From NCBI GenBank assembly GCA_965203855.1, contig CBDBDN010000009.1, positions 180,208 to 244,207 on the forward strand: a stretch of 64,000 nucleotides of DNA. Reading direction: 5' to 3'. Under the pieces are notes generated by a model. That model worked only from the letters and a program-made list of their open reading frames with translations, did no database searches and had not been told where the DNA came from. Positions within the stretch are counted from its first letter, which is position 1. Every line of letters begins with the position of its first letter. This DNA is from Dehalococcoidia bacterium. Lineage in GTDB: Bacteria > Chloroflexota > Dehalococcoidia > Lucifugimonadales > UBA3495. A program made the translations under genes and the position numbers. Shown piece after piece: positions 9,566 through 17,859 of the stretch.

Positions 9566-9807
9566 TCTGACCGTGGGCGAGTAGGGACGCCGGTGCGACT
9601 TGATTGCTGAATGACCGTAACGACCTGGAAATCAGTGGGCTCGGAGATTGGCTGCCTGACGAATCTGATTATAGCACGGCTGTACGGCTTGGCAAGGGGG
9701 GTGGTGTCATTGGGGGGAGGGAATTTTTTACACCGATGGACAGGATGGAGAGGATGGGGGTTGACGCAGAGGCGCGGAGGCGCAGAGAGGGGGATAGGCT
9801 ACCTGCC

Positions 9808-9835
9808 TTGACAAGCGGGTTTGCGGGGTTACAAT
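9808..9835 (+). promoter_or_regulatory. sigma-70-type promoter (TTGACA, 16-bp spacer, TACAAT) for the downstream hydrolase gene
   Basis: TTGACA at 9808-9813, TACAAT at 9830-9835. AGGAGG RBS precedes ATG 9882. Confidence 0.6.
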
Positions 9836-9881
9836 TTTCGGCAAATCCGAGTCTGCGCTGCCGCAAAAAGGAGGAACTGCA

Positions 9882-10628
9882 ATGCCGTTCTATACCAAAG
9901 GGGATGTCCGCATACGCTACGAGGAAGTCGGGAGTGGGTTCCCGCTGCTGGTTACGCCCGGCGGGGGGTTGAACTCGGTGGCCAGCGGCTGGCCGAATCA
10001 GGTTTTCAACGCGATGGAGGAATTCAAGAACGATTTTCGCTGCATCACGATGGACCAGCGGAATGCCAACGGGGGCGAGTCCAGCGGGCCGGTGCAAGTG
10101 GAGGATCCGTGGGGGGCTTTTGCGGATGACCAGCTGGGGCTGATGGATCATCTGGGGATTGAGCGGTTCCTGTTTATGGGGTACTGCATCGGGGGGCCGT
10201 TTGCGATGAAGCTGATTGAGCGGGCGCCGGAACGGGTAGCGGCGGCGGTGCTGTGCCAGCCGGTGGGACACGCCAGCAAGACGCCAGATGCGATGTACGA
10301 TTCGGGCCGGGATCTCTGGGGGCCGGAGCTGTGCGCGCGGCGGCCGGACATAACGATGGAGATAGTGGAGCAGTACCTGCACAATCTCTATCGCATCCAG
10401 CCGGATTTCGTGTACTGCGTATCGCGGGACTTTGCGCGGGAGTGCCAGACGCCGCTGCTGGTGATGCCGGACGACACGCCGGCGCATTCGCTGGAGGCGG
10501 CGATGGCGATGGCGGAGCTGGCGCTGCGAGCGGAGGTTACGGCGTATCCGTGGAAGGAGGATGCGGAGGTGTTTGCCAAGACGGTTGAGCAGGTGCGGGG
10601 GTTTTTGCGGCGGCATTCGGAGAGGTAG
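9882..10628 (+). CDS. alpha/beta-fold hydrolase
   Basis: Strong RBS. Length, GxxxG-type nucleophile-elbow region (FMGYCIGG) and overall pattern fit an alpha/beta hydrolase. Confidence 0.8.
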   Translation: MPFYTKGDVRIRYEEVGSGFPLLVTPGGGLNSVASGWPNQVFNAMEEFKNDFRCITMDQRNANGGESSGPVQVEDPWGAFADDQLGLMDHLGIERFLFMGYCIGGPFAMKLIERAPERVAAAVLCQPVGHASKTPDAMYDSGRDLWGPELCARRPDITMEIVEQYLHNLYRIQPDFVYCVSRDFARECQTPLLVMPDDTPAHSLEAAMAMAELALRAEVTAYPWKEDAEVFAKTVEQVRGFLRRHSER

Positions 10629-10656
10629 CCCGCACGGTAAGAGAAAGGAATAACTC

Positions 10657-10722
10657 AATGATGCCGCCCCGGCGATGGCAAAACACATCGTAGCGGGGCG
10701 GCATCATTGGGTTTGGCTTTTT
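10657..10722 (+). terminator. long hairpin followed by a T-rich tract (intrinsic terminator)
   Basis: AATGATGCCGCCCCG (10657-10671) pairs with CGGGGCGGCATCATT (10694-10708), with an inner CGATG/CATCG pairing, followed by GGGTTTGGCTTTTT. Confidence 0.65.
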
Positions 10723-10737
10723 ACTGGTTCTGTAGCC

Positions 10738-11551
10738 TACTCGGGGCTAATCCAGACCTTTCTCTTATCGGCAGTAGCCTGAAGGACATCCCGTGTCTCG
10801 CGCGACGTCGGCGTCACCATGTAGCCGCTTTCGAGGTCTCCGATTACGGTTACGGATAACCCGTCCCTCTGGGGTTTTCTCATCCTCAGGCCAATCAGCA
10901 ATCAAATCACGGCGTCTATTTTGTCCTGGTCGGATTTTGTGGGCGAATCTGCTGCCGCCATACTTTCAGCCCACTGCGACAGTTGTAGTAGGCCGGTTTG
11001 CTTGAGTGGCTATGGACGGTCTTACAGACGAGCTTCCAATCGGTAGGGCAGAATTTCTTACCGCGCGGGTTGTATCGGGCCGCCGACCGGCGTTCCATAA
11101 ACGCAGGTTGCAGCGCCGGCAATGCCAAAGCCGGATAGACCTCAATCAGATGAATTGCCCGGCCTGCGATTTTGGCGGCCTCAAAATCCATGTCGGGGCA
11201 GCCAATGTCCTGGATAAACTGCCATATGGGAGCGGCGTTCCCGAACACGGCTTCTTTACCACGATTAGCTGGTTGAGTTCCGCTACGGAGCTGGCCCATA
11301 AGCGAACCGGCAACTTTGTCCACGGGCCTACTGCCGCTTTGGTTGGGAACGATGGTCGGCTGGTCAATTGCGACCAGCACGTTGCCGCATTCACGCCAGA
11401 GAGCGTTGACGATTCGGGCGGCTTCGGGAAACGTTACAAGTTGAGGCAACCCCCCTTTTTCCAAAATGCAGCCCCGGAAAACGGCGTAGGAAATTGCTCC
11501 CTTGCTCTTTCCTCCCCAAGCAGAATCGAACCCTATGAATGCTTCTTTCAT
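10738..11551 (-). pseudogene. DUF429-like (RNase H-fold) protein, apparently disrupted by a frameshift and an in-frame TGA
   Basis: MKEAFIGFDSAWGGK..., VAIDQPTIVPNQSGSRPVD and IEVYPALAL resemble DUF429. The expected C-terminal part (KSDQDKIDAVI-TGA-LLIGL...VIGDLESGYMVTP) continues in another frame from about 11009 and contains TGA at 10902-10904. The intact first-frame ORF ends at 10916. Confidence 0.45.
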
Positions 11552-11559
11552 AGTAAATA

Positions 11560-12285
11560 TCACCCTTCGATTGAGAACATAGAAGTCAACGCCCGCATCC
11601 GGCGCGCGGCGTGGGTCATCCGCAGGCAGATATGCGTCTTTTTGAGGCTGCGGAGGTAGCTGGAAACCGAGAAAACCCAGAGTTCGGTGGGTTCTGAGAA
11701 TTTGCAAAGTTCCGGGAATTGGGATTGGGATCTATAGGCGTTAACGCTGAACAGGTGATGGCCCGATTTCTTGTGGCCGAGGGCTTCCCAAAAGATTAGC
11801 AGGGGCCGGACGTCCCTAGCCTCCAAACCGTCCGGGCGTTTCATAGGCACCAGGACTTTGGCGCAGAGGTTGCCTTTCAAAGTACTGGATTTTGGGTTCC
11901 AATGCCGATGCCAGCACTTTTGCTTGTAGGCGGCGATTTTTTCACGACTTGCAGCAGCAGGGAGAGGCTTGCCCCCGATGGCGTGGGCGGACCAGTTTTT
12001 GATTTCCGTCTGGTATAGGATTTTGCTCCCGTCAGGCCAATCAGCTTTTATCCACCGGTCTAACCTGGGCCCGCGCTTTTTGCCGATGGTTACCGGGCCT
12101 GGCAGCACCTCTACCACAGCGCCTTTGGACTCCGCGTAATGCTGGAAGCAGGCGGCGTTCAGATCCTCGCCAACTACGGATACTACGCCGGTGGCGTGAC
12201 CTATCGAATCGTCGGACTTCACGTCAAGGAATTGGAGCAATGCCAACCGGTCTATGGTCAGCGTTTCGGTATTTGCGGCGTCCAT
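11560..12285 (-). CDS. hypothetical protein with a PD-(D/E)xK nuclease-like motif
   Basis: 241-aa ORF starting 21 nt after the tRNA-Val 3' end. It contains LDRW...(17 aa)...QTEIKNW (D...ExK spacing). Clearly lower GC than its flanks. Confidence 0.5.
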   Translation of the reverse strand: MDAANTETLTIDRLALLQFLDVKSDDSIGHATGVVSVVGEDLNAACFQHYAESKGAVVEVLPGPVTIGKKRGPRLDRWIKADWPDGSKILYQTEIKNWSAHAIGGKPLPAAASREKIAAYKQKCWHRHWNPKSSTLKGNLCAKVLVPMKRPDGLEARDVRPLLIFWEALGHKKSGHHLFSVNAYRSQSQFPELCKFSEPTELWVFSVSSYLRSLKKTHICLRMTHAARRMRALTSMFSIEG

Positions 12286-12306
12286 AGTTTGCGGCCCTTG
12301 GCGAAT

Positions 12307-12383
12307 TGGTGGGCGGTGAGGGGCTCGAACCCCCGGCCTTCTGCGTGTAAAGCAGACGCTCTAACCGGCTGAGCTAACCGCCC
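12307..12383 (-). tRNA. tRNA-Val (anticodon TAC), CCA encoded
   Basis: Manual cloverleaf: GGGCGGT acceptor, GCTC/GAGC D stem, anticodon loop TTTACAC, TTCGAGC T-loop, ACCA end. Confidence 0.9.
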
Positions 12384-12444
12384 GTTGGGGTTGTCATAAT
12401 GACGGCTATGATGCAGGGCGATGGGGTAGGGAGGGGCAATAAAA

Positions 12445-12520
12445 TGGCGCGCTTGGCGAGATTCGAACTCACGACCTCTGCCTCCGCAGGGCAGCGCTCT
12501 ATCCACTGAGCTACAAGCGC
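12445..12520 (-). tRNA. tRNA-Arg (anticodon GCG), CCA encoded
   Basis: Manual cloverleaf: GCGCTTG acceptor, anticodon stem CTGCC/GGCAG, loop CTGCGGA, T-loop TTCGAAT. Confidence 0.85.
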
Positions 12521-12562
12521 GCGGTTTGGGGTAACCCGCAATGGTTATTCCGATTTTAGCGT

Positions 12563-12650
12563 TGGTGCCGAGGGAGGGATTTTGAACCCACACGTCCGTA
12601 ATGGACACTGCGCCCTGAACGCAGCGCGTCTGCCGTTTCGCCACCTCGGC
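12563..12650 (-). tRNA. tRNA-Leu (anticodon CAG), long variable arm, CCA encoded
   Basis: Acceptor GCCGAGG/CCTCGGC, anticodon loop TTCAGGG, variable-arm hairpin GTCC-ATTA-GGAC. The T-loop reads TTCAAAAT (8 nt). Confidence 0.85.
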
Positions 12651-12704
12651 GGAGGAGCATATTTGACCCTTGAAAATCGCCGATTGCGGTATGTGTGCCT
12701 ACCG

Positions 12705-12780
12705 TGGTGGGCGATGGAGGATTTGAACCTCCGACCTCCTCGGTGTGAACGAGGCGCTCTAACCGCTGAGCTAACCGCCC
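12705..12780 (-). tRNA. tRNA-Val (anticodon CAC), CCA encoded
   Basis: Acceptor GGGCGGT, anticodon loop TTCACAC, T arm GGAGG-TTCAAAT-CCTCC. Confidence 0.9.
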
Positions 12781-12800
12781 GGGCGACTTTCGTACAGCGT

Positions 12801-12829
12801 ATTATAACGGGTCGGAGCGGTTAGCGCAA
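12801..12829 (-). promoter_or_regulatory. candidate promoter of the tRNA cluster (TTGCGC, 17-bp spacer, TATAAT on the minus strand)
   Basis: Perfect TATAAT (complement of 12801-12806) about 20 nt upstream of the first tRNA 5' end. TTGCGC lies 17 bp further upstream. Confidence 0.45.
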
Positions 12830-12923
12830 CCGAGGTTTTGAGGGTTGCCCGGATTGGGGGAGGGATGGGGTGGGGTGAACGGGATCCGGGGGAATGATTT
12901 GACTGGGATGGGGCTGTTACGGG

Positions 12924-13413
12924 TTAGGGCTGCTGGGCGCGCCATTGGGCGTTGGCGGTTTGCCAGTAGGATTCCCATTCCTGGCGCATCTCGGCTTCGG
13001 TAGCGCCGTTCCAGTAGCCGGGGGAGATTAGGGGGAGAGCCTGCTCTACTTTGACCAGGGCGACGGCGCGCACCTGGTCGGCCAGGCGTTGCAGGGATGG
13101 CGTTCCGGTACGCATCCGCGCGATGACGGCGTGGTGGATGTCATCGTCCTGGTGGATGGCAGCCGTTCCTTTGAAGCGGTAGCCCTGGCGGGAGAAAGGG
13201 TTGACGATGTTGAGTTCAATGGCAGGGTTGGCGGCCAGGTTGCCCATGGTGCCGGTGGAAGCGAGGTCGGCAAAGAGGATGTGGTCGTCATCCCAGGCCA
13301 GCGCGGTGCCTTTGGGGGAAAGGTTGGGGGGAGCCGTCGGGGCCGACGGTGGCGGCGAAAATGAGGCGCTGTTCGGAGATGGCCTGCTGCATTGCGGGGG
13401 TGAGGATGGGCAT
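12924..13413 (-). pseudogene. pyridoxamine 5'-phosphate oxidase-family (FMN-binding split barrel) protein, frameshifted
   Basis: The N-terminal 26 codons (MPILTPAMQQAISEQRLIFAATVGPDGS) starting at ATG 13413 and the rest (PNLSPKGTALAWDDDHILFADL...MGNLAANPAIELN...) are in different frames. They join if the G6 run at 13326-13331 were G5. Confidence 0.7.
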
Positions 13414-13575
13414 AAAGGGGTTGGCCTCCGGGTGGGGCGATGCGCGGATATTATGTCAAGAGGAGCGGGTTTTGCCGCCTGGAATCAACATAACGCATCT
13501 TGTGCGAACCAACGGATTTCGGGAACCGGGCGGCGGAATCGGCATGGACTTGCAGGATGAACGGGATGGGGACTG

Positions 13576-14787
13576 CTACTCGGTTACCGGCTGGCCGACT
13601 GCGCCGGCGTCTTTCAGCGCGGCGACGGCGTCGGCGTCGTAGCCCAGCTCGGCCAGCACTTCATCGTTGTGCTGCCCGAGCAGCGGGGGCGGGCGGCGCA
13701 GCTGCGCGGGCGTGCCTTGCAGTTTTGATGGGCGAATTGGGGACGCGCAGGTTGGGGATGCGCGGATGGTCGATTTCCAGGAACATATTGCGGGCGTTGA
13801 CTTGGGCATCGGCTACGACATCGGAGGTCTTGTTGATGGGGCCGACCGGCACGCCGGCGTCGTCAATGGCCTTGACCCAGTGGGCTACGGTGTTGCCGGC
13901 AAAGATGCCGTTGAGCAGTTCCACCATTTCGGCGCGGTTGGCTACCCGGTCGGGGTTGGTGGCAAACCTGGGGTCATTTTGGAGTTCGGGGTGTCCGATG
14001 GCGTTGCAGAAACGCTCCAGAGGTTGGGGTTGGCAACGCCCAGGATGAAGTAGCCGTCGGCGGCGGGGAAGCTCTGATAGGGGACGAGGCTGGGATGGCC
14101 GGAGCCGAGGCGGTGGGGTTCTATTCCGGTGCCGATGTAGCCGGTGGCGTGGTAGCTCATGGCGGCAACCTGGCCGTCCAGCAGGGCGGTGTCAATCAGC
14201 TGGCCTTCGCCGGTTCGGTCGCGGTGATAGAGGGCGGTTACGATGGAGCCGTAGGCGAGCATACCGGTAAAGAGGTCAACGAGGGAGAAGCCGACGCGCT
14301 GGGGGGCGCCGTCCGGTTCGCCGGTGAGGTGCATCAGGCCGCTGTAGGCCTGGATGATGAGGTCATAGCCGGGCTTGCTGGCCATGGGGCCGGTGCGCCC
14401 GTAGCCGGAGATAGTGCAGTAGATTATGTCGGGGTTGACGGCTTTGATGTCGTCGTAGGCGAGGCCGAAACGGGCCAGAGTTCCGGCGCGGAAGCTTTCA
14501 ATCATCACATCGGCATCGGCAGCCAGCTTTTTGACGATGGCCAGGCCGGCGGCGGATTTGAGGTTGACGGAGAGGCTGCGCTTGTTGCGGTTAAAGGAGA
14601 GGAACTGCGTACTTTCCTGGTTCCAGATGGGGGGCCATTTGCGGGTTTCGTCGCCATCGCTGGGTTCCTCGATTTTGATGACGTCGGCGCCCATATCGGC
14701 CAGGTTTTGGGTGCAGAAAGGGCCGGCCAGGGTGCGGGTGAGGTCAACGACTTTGATGTTTTCCAGAGGCTGCGGCATAGTTCCCAT
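13576..14787 (-). pseudogene. family III (CaiB/BaiF-type) CoA-transferase, split over three frames
   Basis: Three collinear pieces: 14787-~14020, ~14015-~13727 and ~13723-13576. Together they read as one typical family III CoA-transferase (KVVDLTRTLAGPFCTQ..., ...LWERFCNAIGHPEL..., ...PIKLQGTPAQLRRPPPLLGQHNDEVL). Confidence 0.8.
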
Positions 14788-14892
14788 CCTTTGGTTGAGT
14801 GGGGCAATTTGGCGGGATTATAGCACGGGACAGGGTGCGTTGACGGCGGCGGCGGGCAGTGATAGCGTAGGGCGGAAATTTCGTTATGTTGA

Positions 14893-15873
14893 GTGATGGC
14901 AGCGATGCTCACCGCTGATCTCCGACCGCTAATCCTGTCGCTGGGCGGGATTAATATGGATTTGGTTACCTTTGGGGAACGGCTGCCGGCGGACGGGGAG
15001 ACGGTGGTGGGAGAGCGGTTCGTTACCTACGGCGGCGGGAAAGGGGCGAACCAGGCGGTGGCCGCCGCGCGGATGGGCGCCCGTTCCGCAATGGTGGGGC
15101 GGGTGGGCGACGATATTTTCGGGCCGCAGCTGGTTGAGCTGCTGCAAACTGCCGGCGTAGAAACCGGACGGGTTGGCGTTGCCGCCGGCGTCAGTTCGGG
15201 CATCGCAGTCATTAACGTGGGCGCCGGCGGGCAGAACCGTATCACGCAGGTGCTGGGCGCTAACGATACCTGCGGCGATGCCGAGTATGACGCCATTGCG
15301 GAGCTGCTGCTTCGGGTGGAAGTATCGGCGCTGCTGCTTCAATTGGAAGTATCGGTTGAATTGTCGCTACGGGTAGCGGAGACGGCGGCGGCGCAGGGCG
15401 TAACCGTCATTCTGGATCCGGGGCCGGCGCGTCCAATTCCCGCCGAATTGTACGGGAATCTGGCGGTAATTACGCCGAATGAAACGGAGGCGGCGGCTTT
15501 GGTGGGATACCCAATCAGCATAGGGGATACTGTTGAGAGGGCGGCGCAGGAGCTGCTGACTAGGGGTGTCGGCGCGTCGGTAATAACGCTGGGCGCGCAG
15601 GGGGCCTACTGGACGGACGGCGCAGCGGGCGGTTATGTGGAACCGTTCCCGGTTGCGGCGGTGGACACGGTGGCGGCGGGGGATGCTTTTAATGGCGGAT
15701 TGGCGGTTGCGCTGGCGGAGGGAAAAGGTCTGCCGGATGCGGTCCGTTGGGCCGCGGCGGCCGGGGCGCTGGCGGTTACCCGGATTGGGGCGCAGGATGC
15801 GATGCCAGAGCGGGCGGCGGTGGAAAGGTTGCTGATGGCGCCGCGGGAAACGGGCTATGGCGAGTCCGGCTAG
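14893..15873 (+). CDS. rbsK: ribokinase (PfkB family carbohydrate kinase)
   Basis: [15 protein letters not shown] and [17 protein letters not shown] match the two PfkB/ribokinase signatures. Confidence 0.8.
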   Translation: MMAAMLTADLRPLILSLGGINMDLVTFGERLPADGETVVGERFVTYGGGKGANQAVAAARMGARSAMVGRVGDDIFGPQLVELLQTAGVETGRVGVAAGVSSGIAVINVGAGGQNRITQVLGANDTCGDAEYDAIAELLLRVEVSALLLQLEVSVELSLRVAETAAAQGVTVILDPGPARPIPAELYGNLAVITPNETEAAALVGYPISIGDTVERAAQELLTRGVGASVITLGAQGAYWTDGAAGGYVEPFPVAAVDTVAAGDAFNGGLAVALAEGKGLPDAVRWAAAAGALAVTRIGAQDAMPERAAVERLLMAPRETGYGESG

Positions 15874-15911
15874 ATCCATGTCGTTTAGGTCAATTGTGCG
15901 GTGTTGAGGTT

Positions 15912-16454
15912 ATGACGGGCATTGACCGGTTTTGCGCCGGCTGCGGGACGCGGCTAACAATGCAGGAGCAGGACGGGCAAAGGCGCCCGGTTTGTCCGCG
16001 CTGCGGGCGCGTGGTTTATTACGATCCCAAGCTGGCGACCGCCTGCGTCGTGGAAAGGCAGGGGGCGATATTGATGGTGCGGCGCGCGGTGGAAACCGGG
16101 TACGGGCTGTGGAGTATGCCGGGCGGGTATGTTGACCGGGGTGAAGTGGTGGAAGCGGCGGCGGCGCGGGAAGTCCGGGAGGAAACCGGGCTGGAGGTGG
16201 CAGTGCGGCAGTTGATTGGCGTGTTCTCGGATGCGGGCAACCCGGTGATAGTGGCCGCCTACGCCGCTGCGGAAACGGGCGGAATGCTGGCGCCAGGGCC
16301 GGAATGCCTGGAGCTGGGGTATTTCGCCGATGCGGCGCTGCCGCCTATGGCCTTTCCCCGGGATGCTGAAATCATCCGGCGATGGCGGCTGATTCAACAG
16401 AGAGCCGGGCCGGATAGCGCCGGGCATAGGGGCGACGGAGGGCAACGCCGATGA
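15912..16454 (+). CDS. NUDIX hydrolase with N-terminal zinc ribbon
   Basis: ATG 15912 after a GAGGT RBS. CxxC...CxxC (CAGCG...CPRCG) followed by the Nudix box [24 protein letters not shown]. Confidence 0.8.
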   Translation: MTGIDRFCAGCGTRLTMQEQDGQRRPVCPRCGRVVYYDPKLATACVVERQGAILMVRRAVETGYGLWSMPGGYVDRGEVVEAAAAREVREETGLEVAVRQLIGVFSDAGNPVIVAAYAAAETGGMLAPGPECLELGYFADAALPPMAFPRDAEIIRRWRLIQQRAGPDSAGHRGDGGQRR

Positions 16455-17200
16455 CGGGCTGGCGGAAAGGATTGGATGGGATCAAGGGTTTGCTGGCGCA
16501 GGGCGGGCGCGGCTTGGTTGACGCCGTCTATCCGCTGGAGTGCGTGGGCTGCGGCAAGGCCGGGCGAGTGATCTGCGGACGCTGCTATGCCGGATTGCCG
16601 GTATTGTCGCCGCCGTTCTGCGAGATTTGCGCCGCGCCCGGGGATTTCATTCGCTGTCCGCCTTGCCAGGATGATATGCCGTCGTTTGACGGCATCCGGG
16701 CTCCGTTTCGATACGCCGGGACGATGCGACAGGCCGTGCTGGCATTCAAGTATGGGGGAATCAGGGCGGCGGCGCCGCAGCTGGGCGGTATGCTGTCGGA
16801 TTATCTGCGCGACCATCCGCTGCCGGGGGATTTGATGGCGGCAGTGCCGATGCACCCGCGGCGGCAGCGGGAGCGGGGCTACAACCAGGCGGAGCTGCTG
16901 GCGCGTGAAGTGTCTGGTCGCAACGGGTTGGAGTATCGGGGGGATCTGCTGGCGCGGAGCCGGCAAGTTGCGCCGCAGGCCGGCACGGCTACCGCAGCGG
17001 AGCGGGCGACCAATGTAGCCGGCAGCGTAGCGGTGAAAGGGGACTGCGACCTGGCCGGCGTCGGCATCATTGTAGTGGACGATGTGGCGACTACCGGGAA
17101 CACGCTGGAAGCCTGCGCTGCGGCGCTGAAAGAGGCGGGGGCGCAGTCCGTTTGGGGGCTAACCTTGGCAATAGCCGACGGGCGGAAGCGGGGAGAGTAA
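16451..17200 (+). CDS. ComF-family phosphoribosyltransferase-like protein
   Basis: ATGA overlap with the upstream gene. N-terminal Cys-rich zinc-finger region and C-terminal PRTase motif [14 protein letters not shown]. Confidence 0.75.
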   Translation: MTGWRKGLDGIKGLLAQGGRGLVDAVYPLECVGCGKAGRVICGRCYAGLPVLSPPFCEICAAPGDFIRCPPCQDDMPSFDGIRAPFRYAGTMRQAVLAFKYGGIRAAAPQLGGMLSDYLRDHPLPGDLMAAVPMHPRRQRERGYNQAELLAREVSGRNGLEYRGDLLARSRQVAPQAGTATAAERATNVAGSVAVKGDCDLAGVGIIVVDDVATTGNTLEACAAALKEAGAQSVWGLTLAIADGRKRGE

Positions 17201-17204
17201 AATG

Positions 17205-17237
17205 AGGGCGGGCCGTCTGATTAGACTGGCCCGCCCT
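17205..17237. terminator. bidirectional hairpin between convergent genes
   Basis: AGGGCGGGCCGTCT pairs with AGAC-T-GGCCCGCCCT, about 14 bp of stem. Confidence 0.6.
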
Positions 17238-17272
17238 GCGGTTGTGCTGATTTGGTGGCTTGACGCCGTTGG

Positions 17273-17521
17273 TTAGTCGGCGGGGATTTTGGCCTTGGCG
17301 GCGTGGTTGGTCGCGTAATTGCCGGCCATGTCGTGCATCACCTTGCAGGCGATATGGTGGGCCGCGGCGGAGCGGTCGGAGCCGTGTCCGGCCCCCACGA
17401 TGGCGTCCAGAGAAGCCTGAAACGCCGCCCAGTAGATCCGGGACAGAGTAACCGCCGCGCTTGCCGCTTCGGGCGGGGTCGCGGGACGCCGGTCCAGCAG
17501 AGTGTTATGTTCCGTGCTCAT
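17273..17521 (-). CDS. small hypothetical protein (82 aa)
   Basis: ATG preceded by AAAGAGGAGAGCAGAA (good RBS). No recognisable motif. Confidence 0.5.
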   Translation of the reverse strand: MSTEHNTLLDRRPATPPEAASAAVTLSRIYWAAFQASLDAIVGAGHGSDRSAAAHHIACKVMHDMAGNYATNHAAKAKIPAD

Positions 17522-17859
17522 TTCTGCTCTCCTCTTTGACAGATTACCCGACAGTCGGAGAGGGCTTATGCCCAGGGCGGTGGCCGATTTCCCGCTGCCG
17601 GACTGAGTTCAGCGTATCACGCCGGCCGTCCGGTCAAATTTGCCTCGTGGTGCAATCCGTTTTACTTGGGCAGGATGGCGGCGCAACAGGCTTGGCGCAC
17701 CGGGCCGGGCAACAGGCTTATGACGAAATTCGTCAAAAAATTACTATTTTCGTAATTTCAATACTGAATTCCGCATCCTTCCCGTTGGCGCAATGGGCTG
17801 TTTCACGCAGCGCGCCCGCAGTGCTAAACTGGTTATGTAACCCATTCTTGCTATGGAGC

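Noticed and set aside
9399-9584. 61-aa ORF spanning copy A of the conserved 109-bp element, as a possible conserved micro-protein.
   Set aside because: There is no RBS and the start is a weak alternative codon. The four-base difference between the two copies (TGTG versus AGGA) would change residues non-conservatively. All three forward frames remain open across the element, so openness of this frame carries no weight.
10902-10904. In-frame TGA in the DUF429-like gene read as selenocysteine or recoded.
   Set aside because: TGA clearly terminates many well-supported genes in this window. No SECIS-like hairpin is evident immediately downstream, and the gene also carries a frameshift. A nonsense mutation is the simpler reading.
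10640-12310. Classical integrative element at tRNA-Val, with integrase and an att direct repeat of the tRNA 3' end.
   Set aside because: No integrase or recombinase ORF is present. I could not find a copy of the tRNA 3' segment (only a 6-nt chance match) at the distal boundary near 10700-10760. It is kept only as a compositional island.
17728-17742. Near-palindrome TGACGAAATTCGTCA upstream of the PurM-like gene, as an operator.
   Set aside because: It is a single occurrence with 6-bp arms. There is no second copy, no adjacent regulator gene and no matching known consensus, so the evidence is too thin for a feature.
17461-17859. N-terminal 133 codons of the ORF-track entry for the PurM-like gene. 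Similar long N-terminal extensions occur at 6277-7677, 18909-20009, 30143-31144, 56163-57272 and 15747-16454.
   Set aside because: The family-conserved N-termini and RBS-preceded start codons lie further downstream. The extensions are low-complexity read-through of intergenic DNA.
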